Source: the human T2T-CHM13v2.0 reference genome, Homo sapiens
Length of the DNA stretch: 64,000 nucleotides
NCBI RefSeq assembly: GCF_009914755.1
Contig: NC_060928.1
Strand: one strand, 5' to 3'
The notes under the pieces: model-generated
The model's database searches: none
Seen by the model: only the letters and a program-made list of their open reading frames with translations
Told to the model about the DNA's origin: nothing
Made by a program: the position numbers and the translations under genes
Shown: one piece after another, positions 26,150 to 37,109 of the stretch
Layout: each line of letters opens with the position of its first letter
Numbering within the stretch: the first letter of the stretch is position 1

Positions 26150-27640
26150 AACAGACAGATCTTGGCTGAGGATCTCTTGCTGAAGGTCTGTTATGTGAGG
26201 TTACCTGTGCATCCCAGCAGGGCCCAGAGTTCTTTAACTCCAAGACCACAGATCCGTACCAAAGGAAGTTCAAGTGATGAGCCATAGTCTAACAGGAGGC
26301 TCCTGGCCTTGGTTCTGCCATCTTTGTGAGATTCACAGAAGCATCCAGCTGCGAAGAAGCTAGTGGTACTGTAGGTGAGGAATGTGTTGAGAGGCTCCCC
26401 TGAATTGACTGAGACCTCCAACCTGTGTCCAGATACCCTAATCTGTGTTCCACTCTTGACTTGGGGATTCCTGGTAGCTGTGTGAGCCCCTACTGCCATT
26501 CACCACCTACAGGATTACATGAAATGAACAGGGCAGTGATTCTGTGGGTCAGACACATCCCAGGAAAGTTTATTCTAATGGGTTCCAGAATAAAGGCCCA
26601 GAACTCCCATCTTAAAATTACCTTGAAAAAATTTCTAGAACAGTTGCCTACCATCACTTTAAAGTCCAGGTGATTTGGAAGACGATCGCTATAACTGAAA
26701 TCAGTTTGACCCCACCCCCAAATTAATGCTGAAAATCTGTGCATGCCTTGAACAGAACTCAATGACGTTCCCTTGGCCCTCAAGTTGTGACAATGAGTCG
26801 GGCAGGCCCGTCCTCTAATCCAGAAGTCCCTGTACTCAGATGGCATAACCCATTGTCATGGTCTGTGCCAAGGTTGGACACTTGCATGCTCGGTGTCATG
26901 GCGTGTCCCCCCAAGGCTTCTAGCACTGTGAGGATGTATCTGTTCATCCTGCGTTCTGGCTGGAAGGCCTGTGCCAGTGCAGCCAACAAGATAGGTAGGA
27001 GGCAATATTTCATACATGTCTCCCTACATTGCAAGAAAGAGTGGGGCGGGGATTGGGTTGTGAAGGTCAAATTTCCCACTGTGGTGGGGAGCTCAGTGGA
27101 TCTCTCCCAGGAGCACTGGAAGGGCTTTGAGCTTCTCCACAGGAGAGAGGTGTGGATGCTGCCAAAGCAATGGTTCCAACTCTCAAAGTGTGGAGAGTCA
27201 GGGTAGTTTGGATCAGAGGCCAGGAGAACAGGCTCCCTGCCTCCGAGAACATGTTTCCTAAACACGGAGCTCCTGGGGCTTCTGAGTATGGCCTTTCTTT
27301 TCTTTTATTATTGAGGGATATCTTTTTTCCCCCTGTTGAGTTACATCTTGGAACTTGGACCACAGTCATCATGTCCTCATGTGGTACAGCCCAGCATGCG
27401 TCTGAATGGTCTTTGTGTGTTCCTGTAGGATGCTATCAGATCATATGTTGCCTGTCTGGGTAGAGGCTTGGTGAGATTCTGCTGATGCTGCTTGAAGGTG
27501 AATCCCTGGAGGGCTGAGTACCTGCTCTGACCGATGCATGCATGGCTGTTATCCCAGGCTGCTTGCTTTTCACTTTCAAACATGTCTTCAAGAAACTTGA
27601 TATATACAATGGTTTACTTGCTGACATAGCACTTTCTCCA
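26150..27640 (-). pseudogene. MARK/SMOK-like Ser/Thr kinase pseudogene (kinase domain plus UBA)
   Basis: Collinear degenerate subdomains: FLKTCLK..AMHASV ~ LLKTIGK..ARHILT; NHCFGSIHT ~ DTFCGSPPY; SWERSTELPTTVGNLTF ~ VWSLGVILYTLVSGSLPF; MKYCLLP ~ GKYRIP; QPERRMNRYIL ~ NPSKRGTLEQIM; TMTMGYAI*VQGLL ~ LMVSMGYTREEIQDSL (UBA). Confidence 0.62.
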
Positions 27641-27734
27641 CTGACTAAACTGTGTGCTAATAATCTTCTTGGAAATATGCTTGATATCATTGATGGACAT
27701 GTAGGTTGATTCCATGTGTCTGCTACTGTTGTAG

Positions 27735-29561
27735 TCTCAACCATGCACCAAGGTGTAAGAGTCTCTTTTCTGAGAATAAGGCCCTGAGCTCTTTGTCCTA
27801 CCTCCATGAAGCTTAAGGAGCATGGACACCAGGTGAGGTTGGAGCAAAAGTTTCATAAGTTGAAAGAAAGCCCTCTGTCAGCAGAAGGGGGGGGGGTCCT
27901 GAACAGGGTGCCCCCAATAAAGCTGGGCTCCAGGGTTTTTATGGACTAGAAAGGGGAAGGGAATGTGCTTAGTCTGTGAGCCATCTTGGAGAACTTATGA
28001 CTTAGCTTGGCCTGGGACCCTGGCCTGGGACCACTCAAAGCTTGGCCAAAGACCAGTCAGGAGCTGAAGTGATGATTCATAGAGGCTGCTTAGCTTGGCC
28101 CGGGACCTATCAGGAGTTGAAGTGATTAATAAAGGTTGACTTTATGGTCCAGAAAAAGGAAAGTAGAGTGCCCACCAGAGCCCACTGTGCCTATGCCCAC
28201 AAAAACTTTTTCCTGGGAACCTGCTGACGATACAAAGGATGAAAGCATTAAGTTCTGGGATACGTGTACAGAACGTGTAGGTTTGTTACATAGGTATACA
28301 TGTGCCATGGTGGTTTGCTGCACCCATCAACCTGTCATTTACATTAGCTATTTCTCCTAATGCTCTCCCTCCCCTAGCCTCCCACCCCCCAACAGGCCCC
28401 AGTGTGTGATGTTCCCCTCCCTGTGTCCATGTGTTCTCGTTAAACTCCCACTTATGAGTGAGAACGTATGGTGTTTGGTTTCCTGTTCTTGTGTTAGTTT
28501 GCTGAGAATGATGGCTTCTAGCTTCATGTCCCTGCCAAGGACATGAACTCATCCTTTTTTATGGCTGCATAGTATTCTGTGGCGGCATATACCTGCCACA
28601 TTGTCTTTATCCAGTCTATCACTGATAGGCATTTGGGTTGGTTCCAAGTCTTTGCTATTGTAAATAGTGCTGTGATAAACATACATATGCATGTGTCTTT
28701 ATAGTAGAATGACTTACAATCCTTTGGGTATATACCCAGTAGGGGGATGTCTGGGTCGAATGGTAATCTGGTTCTAGAACCTTGAGGAATCGCCACACTG
28801 TCTTCCACAATGGTTGAACTAATTTACACTCCTACCAACAGTGTAAAAGCATTCGTATTTCTCCACATCCTCTCCAGCATCTGTTGCTTCCTGACTTTTT
28901 AATGTTCGCCATTGTAGCTGGCTTGAGATGGTATCTCATTGCAGTTTTGATTTGCATTTCTCTAATGACCAGAGATGAGCTTCTTTTCATGCTTGTTGGC
29001 TGCATAAATGTCTTTTGAGAAGTATCTGTTCATATCCTTCACCTACTTCTTGATGGGGCTTTCTTGTAAATTTAAGTTCCTTGTAGATTCTGGACATAAG
29101 CCCTTTGTCAGATGGCTAGACTCCAAAAATTTGCTCCCATTCTGTAGATTGTCTGTTCAGATAGTTTCTTTAGCTGTGTAGAAGCTCTTCAGTTTAATTA
29201 GATCCCATTTGTCAATTGGGGCATTTGTTGCCATTGCTATTGGTGGTAGTCATGAAGTCTTTGCCCATGGGACAGAGGTATTTCTATGCTAAGCCTTGTT
29301 CGTGTATCTGAGTGATTCTGGAGGTTCGTACAAGTGTTTATCCAAATGGGCCCAGAGGTCTTTCTGTGCAGCTGTGGGCATGTCTCCAGGCACAACACCC
29401 TGTGCTTGTTCCCTTATCGGTACCTGCGGCTTGAGTTTTTTCCCCGGCTGCTTTTTGTTATGGGGATGAGCCACTGACCCATAGGCCGAGGGCTCTCTGG
29501 GGACCCTTCCTTTCCCTTCCCTTCCCTTCACTATCTACCTAAGGCAAGCTAACTCCTTTCA
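27735..29561 (-). mobile_element. Solo ERV1-class LTR interrupted by L1PA
   Basis: Minus-strand start TGAAAGGAGTTAGCTTGCCTTAGGTAGA at 29561. LTR-like halves at 27735-28250 and 29269-29561. Absent from the paralogous L1 at 14150. Subfamily not assigned. Confidence 0.65.
28250..29268 (-). mobile_element. 5'-truncated L1PA (L1PA7/8-like), about 1 kb
   Basis: GGTTTGCTGCACCCATCAAC 3' UTR; ORF2 end FITALFTIAKTWNQPKCLSVIDWIK (ORF 28524..28808). Confidence 0.92.
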
Positions 29562-29599
29562 CTATGAACATACATACGCATGGGTCCTTATGGTAGAAA

Positions 29600-29950
29600 T
29601 GGTGCAGGGCAGATGAGCCCCCAAATTAGGATACAGCCCAGGAAGATTCCTAGCTTCTAGGAATGAATTTGAGGGTGAGCGGTGGTGGTGGTAGATGGCA
29701 ACATTATTGACACGGCAGTGCACAGCGGCAGGAGAGGTACAGCTCCTTGTGGAGCGGGGCTTACCTTTCAGTGCTGGGCTATTGTCACGGAAAGGGATGG
29801 CCACTGCTGGGTGTGGCCATGGCAATGGTAAACTGACATGGCATAGCAGGCATGTCTCATGGAAAGCGGCTTCTGCCCTGTTTCAGCTAGTCCTCCATTA
29901 GGTCCTGTGTCCAGGCTCTGCCTCCAGAACTGAGGCCTCCCTCCTACCTA
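29600..29950 (-). mobile_element. Solo ERV1 LTR, paralogue of 14191-14651
   Basis: TGGTGCAGGGCAGATGAGCCCCCAAATTAGG...GAATTTGAGGGTGAGC; AGAA-like TSD; same L1 insertion point as at 14190. Confidence 0.75.
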
Positions 29951-32900
29951 AGAATGACTTGTATTCCTTGGTATACCTGATAATGGGATTGCTGGGTTGA
30001 ATGGCAATTCTTTTTCCAGTTTTTACGGACTTGACACACTGCTTTCCATAAAAGCTGAAATCACTGAGACTCCCAAAAGCAGTGGATGAGCTCTCCCTTT
30101 ACTTGGCATCCTTGCCAGCATCTTCTGTTTTGACTTAGCCACTCTGAGAGATGGCATCTCATTGTGACACTGAAATTCTGACCACCCAGCAATGAACAGG
30201 GGGCAACAACACTGAGACCATGGAAACGTCCTGCTTTTCACCAAACTTTCCTCACTTTATACTTCTGAGGATTCTTCTAGTCAATATCATGATTACAAAG
30301 CTGCTAACTTCACTACCCCTTCCAGTGCATTACTTCTTGCTCTCATTAGAGGGGCAAAAAAGCCCATAGTTGTCACAGAACAGCGTTGGATATTGACTAA
30401 ACACAGGACAAATGTGTTCCAAGACTTGCAGAACTATAAATCTATGAAGTACACAAAAAAATCAGTTGAAAGCATTAAATATGCAGCTTTCTATGTTAGT
30501 CATGCCTAACTGAAGTAGTTTTAAAGCCAAATGAACCAATCCATGCCACCAAGTAAAACAAGTGGATCATGCAAAAAATTGTGCTTGCTCATGATGAAAA
30601 TGGTTCCCTATATACACTAGCTTAACTTTTACATACACATACTTAACACACTATTTGGGGGAAGCAACCTTAAACACTTGAAACAGCAGAAATAGACAAA
30701 ACAATTCTAAATGGAAACAAAGTGACTTGTTTCTATCCCAGAGTCAACCCATAAAGGTCTCAGGTTATTAAGAACTTTGAAAAGTGTCTTGAATATTAAA
30801 AATTGTGTGTTTGGGGCAGAGATATTAATGATATTAACTGGTATTAATGGTAACTGAAATGTTTCCATTTTCAAACATGAGTCTCTATCTCAATCCACGA
30901 AGCAGGCACTGGCTGAGGGTCCTAGGCTAACAATATGCAAACCCATCAGCGTGCATGGCCTGTAAGCAGGGTGAAGATGACCAGAGGTCAGTAGTCAGTG
31001 CATTGACAGAGTCTTTCTGCCATTAAGTACCATACATGTGCCCTTGGTGCTGGTGCTCCATTTCCATGGGAAGCTTTATTAGACCTTGTTTCTGTGAACT
31101 CACTTGGTGAACTAGATATTACCTTCAAGGTATAGGGGTGGAAAATTGCAAGCAGGGGGCAAGAAGAATGCACTGACGTGCCCTTCCTGCTTTTCTGGAT
31201 CCAGGCTCTTCTACCATGAAGCTGGAGGTAAACAAAACCACCTCTGCCTGCAGGGAGACATCTGCAGACCACACACCATCTGACTCCATAGGCTGCCTTT
31301 GGAGATTGCACTGTCTCTTCCCCAGCCCTTGCTGTGATTCTGTCCCGGGAGGCCAGCAAAACCTCTGGGGCAGAAGTCATCACTGCAGTTGTGCAGACTC
31401 CCTCAAGGACAGCAGCAGACTCTACCCAGGGCAGGCATCCCTTTTCAGAAGAGCCACTTCAGGAGGATCTGTCTCCTCTGAACTTCTCAGACACTTCCCC
31501 CCTTGTGCACTACAGACTTCTTTTGTAATGACTTCTGGGAATATCCTTTTTTGATTTGGGTGGCCGAGGGCAAACAGGTGCCTATGCATCTAATTTCTGG
31601 CTTTTGATGCTCAGCTGTAACGGGGTAACCGGCCTTCAGTGTCCAGATGAAACAGGTTAACTGGCAGTTTTTGAGGGTCATGGGGGAATTGGAGTCTTCT
31701 AAGGTTTTGGGGTACTCACTGCCTTCTGCTTTTGGGCAGAGTGCTTTATCTTGGATGGTTTGTTCTCCTTCACTGACGTTCCTGGTAAAGCAGTTGTGCT
31801 TGGTGGATTAGAAGCCTGCTTTTGACCCTCTTTGGTGTTTACTAATACTTGTTTGAACTTGGGATTTGCTTATTCTGTCTCTGGAGTTCCACTTATTTCC
31901 TGCCTTCTCTATACTCAAAAGTAGAGCTTGAACAAGAAAGTCTTTTCTACCTCCTAATGCTGGTTGGTGTTTATTTTAGGCATTCTTAAATCTCCAGGTA
32001 TTGTCCACCACCCAGGTGCTTTTCTTATGACCTGGGGTAGAAACCCCAAAAAGACGTGTATTTATCTCTGAAGTCTTTGCTCATGCAGGAAGGCTTTCAT
32101 GGAAAAGAGGATGGCAGTGTTGTACAGCTGGTGGTTGGAGTCCTGTCTAGAGAAACCTGCCATTGGGTCTGGGTTAGTGTATTTTGCAGTGTCACAGACA
32201 GCACAGTGGCTGTGAGGTGGGTGTGGCTAGGCAAGATGTCCCAGCCCAGAATGCTGTCAGATCTGCAGTGATAGTACTTGGTCTACTCATGGGAGTAGGC
32301 TCTTGGCAGGCTTTTTGCAGAGCCAAGATGGTAGAGATGGCCCTCAGCTGCCTTCTGGTATGTCGGTGATAGATCAGGCTGTAACAAGCAACTCATTGGA
32401 TAAATGTTTCTTGACCAAAATGGATCTCAGCAACATCATGGAAAATTGTTCAAATGATATTTTAATATAAGTGCAGCCCAGGAGAGGGCTTTTTTTCTTG
32501 GTCATAAAATGGTCTATAGAAAGTCATAACAATTCTCATCCTCCAAAGCCTTTAGTGTTCAACTCGTCATACCAGTTAGCCATCTTTGCCTATGAGTTAA
32601 ATGTTAACATGTTCAAGTTAGGGTGCCTCCTTTGGGGAGAAGTCCTAGGTCTCCCACTTGGTGGTGTTGAGGTAGCTACTTAAGCCCAAGAATCTAGACA
32701 AAGGACCCAGATGGGGAAACACATGTCTCTGAACCTGTTTGAGAGTCTGGCAATGCAGCCAAGAGCCCAGTGGGTGGAAGGTTCAACTGCTGCAGCTGCT
32801 TAGTGTGTCTGTCACTCAGGAGCAGGAGCAGGTGCAGGGTTACTTCTGGACTTGTGCAGCACTTGCAGGGAATGAATACAGTATTGACTGCTTTGGTTTC

Positions 32901-33889
32901 CTTGTCTCCTGTTCCTAATGTAGAAAGTAATATGAATTCCTCCATGGAAACACTAATGATCTCATGGCACTTGAGGTCCTTCAGAGACTGACTCCCGTCT
33001 GACCTCTGCTGAGTGATCTGGATCTAGAACCCAGCTGTTTGTAGGTACAGAGCCAAACATATGGTAGCAGTGTGCTTGGAGGTGACACCCCATCAGGTGG
33101 GTGGGTCCCAGGCATCCTCATCCTTCACTGAGTAGAAGTGCGATATGGGAGCTTCTGGGCTAGTGTCCTGAGGCAAGCATGGGGGAAAGCCAGCGCAGTA
33201 GTGCCTGAACTACTCTGTATCTTAGGCTCCTGTGAGGCTTCTAGATTTCATTTCATGTGAGTGTTGTATGACTCAGGGATATCACTTCCATTTTTGTGCA
33301 CACTCAGTGTCAGCAAAGGCCTTGGTACTTTCTACAATGGCTGTGTGGTTCTCATTGGCTTGTGTGAGGGTTAGACTTAAGATAGAAGAAGGCTGTGCCC
33401 CTGCCCATGACTAAGGTGAAGTACATCCTCGGGACACACCTGGACTGCCCTTGACTATGGGGAACATTCCTCACCCGAGTCATACTACTGTGGCTCCTGG
33501 TTTTCATTCCAGCACCCAACACATCAGGTGTGACCCCAAGTCAAAAGAGGGGTCAGATTGGTCTCCCAACCTTAGTTAGCAAGATGTCACCATGTGATCC
33601 CTGTATTAGTGTCCCCAGTTGAGAAATAGTAACACCAAACTCACTTATCTTCATGTCTGTATACAGACCCTTGTAGGCAACAGTGGACAGCAAAGGGCAG
33701 TGTTTTAGGAGACTGAGGGAACAGGTTGAAGGTGGCTTACTTCTCAGCTCTGGGCAAGGAGTTCCAGCAGCCGTGGTGAGGCTTTATGCTTCAGCCAGAA
33801 GAACTTTAAACTTGAGCATTTACTTGTGTTCACAAAAGCCTGCAAAGGCTTCATATTACATACATAACTGGTGTCAAAGCTGCTAACCA

Positions 33890-34090
33890 GGTCAAACTAT
33901 TTAGCTTTGTACTGAGTTTTTTTTTTTTTCTGGATACTTCATTGTGGGTGGCTGTCCTCATTGTAAAATGTTTAGCAGCATGATTACCTGTTGTATTAGA
34001 TGTCTTTAGCACCACCTGAGTCGACAAAAATGTCTAGATATGTCATGCTGTTCCTGGGAAGAGAAATCTCACAGTTGAACAGCAAACTAG
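33890..34090. mobile_element. MER20 in copy C
   Basis: GGCTGTCCT...ATGTTTAGCAGCAT...ACAAAAATGTCTAGA at the equivalent site. Confidence 0.7.
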
Positions 34091-34861
34091 GTTCCTCAAG
34101 GAACCCCCAAGTGTGTCTTGGCAGTTCTCCCATTGGGTGTCTATGGGTGAAGGGCTTGGTTGTCTGTGGGCTGTGCTGCCTCCTGAACATGCCACATTCA
34201 TCTACCACGTCAAGTTGTGAATTTCTGCAAATTTTCATGTTTTTGTAAGGTGACTTAAAAAATCTCAAGCCAGTAGTAGGGGTGGGGGGTGGACGAGTAG
34301 TAGAGCCTGGGCACTGAAAGACTGAAGTTTACCTTCAGTGAGCTGCCTCTACTCTGTGTACCCAAACCTCTTTTTCAGTATTTGAAAGCTGGCTTCAGAT
34401 GAGTTTATCTACCTGATCTTAAATGTTGCCTGATTAGAACTGCCCATATGACCTGCAGGAATATTGATAAAATTGACATGGAAAAGTTTGCTGCATACCA
34501 TTGTATAATCACCTATTCTCACGTGCCCAGCTGTGCCAGACTCCAGCCTTCAACTCTTGTTTAAATTTGTCCCTTGACCGTGAAGGAGGTAAATGTCACA
34601 AAATTCCTAACACTGCACTCACTTTTTCTCCTCAGACTGGCAGATAGAACGAAGATCAAGTTCACAAAGGTTCTGGAGGAAGACTGGATTATGCTTGGGG
34701 AGGTTCAGGATGCTGGCATGTTCTTTTGATTAAGCAATAGCCCTCACCCTTTACAGAGCTGACATGATAGTGAAGGGTCTCTGAAGAGCAGCTGTTTGTC
34801 ATGAGGCAGTGAGAGTTGTCAGAACTCCTCCATGATATGACTTGCTCCAGGCCATGGAGTG

Positions 34862-34862
<1 letters not shown>

Positions 34863-34903
<41 letters not shown>
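34863..34903 (+). repeat. Poly(T) run, 41 nt
   Basis: Direct observation. The paralogues read GAATGCTTTCCTGAAC (about 11033 and 13165). Confidence 0.95.
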
Positions 34904-34904
<1 letters not shown>

Positions 34905-37109
34905 AGCTGCTCTGATTTTCTGGTATTCTAACCTCTGATTGTTCTTCCGTGCATCTGTGCAGACCTGTGGCAATATGGATTGGTATTAATGTCACTTGAG
35001 TCAAGTGTGATGATGTCTCCAATACTTGTTCTCTCCTTAGTCCGCCTGACCTTTGGTATTTGAAGGGAACTCTAATACTAGCAGGAAAGACTGAGGAAAA
35101 GAGGGAAGTAAGGACTTACTATGGAAGGCTTGTGAATTGCTTCTTTCTTAGGGGGAAGATACAGAATATGTCTATTGGATATTTAACCCTAATGACAGAT
35201 CCTGCATAGGCAGGGCTGGATGGGGCCCTGTGGAGTCTTGGACAACTGGTCATCAGAAATTCCTGCCAACAGGGTTGTTTCCTGGGCTGTGACTCAATCG
35301 GGTGTCCTGCAGTGTCCCCAACAGCACTGGGGCCAGTGTGAGGTGGGTGTGGTTGAGTGTGGGATTCTATCTGGGTCCTGGCTGAGCTGTAGTCGTGTGG
35401 GGGCTGGGATGAGAGGTCTACTTGTGGTACTGGAGGTTTCACTGGCTTGTGCTAGAACTAGAAAAGAAGAAAGAGACAGCGATTGGCTAACGCATGGCAG
35501 TAGTGGGCCCCAAGGCCCTGAGTAATAAGAAAAAATCATTAGATAAATGTCTCATGACCAAAACAAAGTTCAAACACTAGGTGCAGCACAGAAGGGTTTT
35601 CTCTGGTCATAGAATCTCTTAAAAGGGAATCATGACAGATTTTCTTGGCTTTAAGTCCTTTATTTAGTTCCCTCTACCAAGTGTATCTTTTAAAGCCTTG
35701 TTAAGGAAGAAAGCCCAGATCTCCTGATGACTCCTTGATGTCCAAGGAGCTACTTACCCCAAGAACGAGAATGTAGACCAGGACAGATGTAGGAGAAAAT
35801 GACTCAACTGCTCCGAGGTACTGCAGTAATAGAGCATGAGACTTTTGGTTGGAATGTGTCATTGCCATGGATAGTTCGGGCTTCTGCAACACTTGCAGAG
35901 AATACTTTTGGATTCTGTGGTTTTTTTAGAATCCTTCATGACTTGTCCCTTCACACAAGTTGTACAAATCCCTTCATAAAAAATAACTGGCACTGTAATC
36001 TCACACCATGGGCAGTTCTTCAGGGACCAAGGCTCATGTGTGACTGCTGCTCAGTGACCGAGCTTGTCCTAGAGCCTATAATATGGTAGCAGTACACTTG
36101 GAAGTGACACCCCATCGCCAGGTGGCTGCGTTCCAAGTGTTGGCAGCTCACTGACAGTGGGAGTATGGGAGCCTGTGGGTGTTTGCTTGGGGCACGCATT
36201 GGGGCAGGCAGGATGACTGTGTCCTGCTTTGTGTCCTCTCTTGTGAGGCCTCTTCTAGGTGGCTCTGTTCCATGTCAACATCTGCCTCAACTTCTTCCGA
36301 GACAACCGTAACCTTGGATAGTAAACTACATTACCTCTCATTCTAGTTCTTTACTCTTTCACTCAAGAATGCTTCCAAGTCTCAAGTTTCCCAGTTCTTC
36401 AGAGGCTTAAAGGCAACCTTTAGCTTGAGGAATCCAACTTAAGGTTTTAGGAAATGACAGATGTAAATGTAAATAATCCCAAATGCATGGCAATGTCAAA
36501 CTTGCAGCTGAGATCACCTCACAGTTGGAGGTGTACATCTCATTCCATCTGAATTCAAGCAGACATACATTACATACACCAGGAGAGTTATGTGGAGGTA
36601 CATACAGAATAGTCAGTGGCACTTGGAACATAATAGCTGACTGTACTGGCAAATATGAGATGGCTGTGTGCTCACACGGACCTGACAGTTGACCTTTCAT
36701 CTTACAAAATGTATGACTCACAGTCCATCATTGGTCATTTGGACAGTCACACTTGCAAAAAGGTTCTGGGTACTTATTGCCATGACTGTGTCATTGTTGG
36801 CAGGTGTATGGGGTCAACTTGAAGGCTTCTGGCCTACCCATGAGTAAGATGAAGTACATCCTTAGGGGGAGGCATCTGGACTACCCTTTGGAGTGGAAAC
36901 CAATTATTACCCTAGTCGTAATGCCAAAAATCCTTGTTTCCTGCCATATTGAAAAGCCTGATGAGAGGACCTTTCTGTTAGGGAAGGGGGATATGCACTT
37001 GTGCATAGTTTTTCTAGTGGGTGACTTAAGTGCTCCATTTTCTCTAGCCATTCAGCTCTGCCTGAGCTGATCTTCAGGAATTTCTATTGCCATGTTAGAC
37101 CAGACATTG

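Larger units (their letters stand above)
27680..30170 (-). mobile_element. Older L1 remnant (paralogue of 13745-14870) carrying nested LTRs and a younger L1PA
   Basis: L1 pieces at 27680-27735, 29562-29599 and 29951-30170 match 14100-14190 and 14652-14870. Confidence 0.7.
30175..37100 (-). pseudogene. GON4L/YY1AP1-like pseudogene, copy C (internally deleted)
   Basis: DNA homology to 14875-24080. SANT remnant PLVIFT ~ DRVILT (about 30970-30990). KTLPFAVH ~ KDLAFAQA (about 33685-33710). SQLDVVDECG in ORF 33996..34268. Deletions near 33250 and 34150. Confidence 0.7.

Noticed and set aside
34689-35022. Poly-lysine proteins
   Set aside because: Translation artefact of the T41 run.
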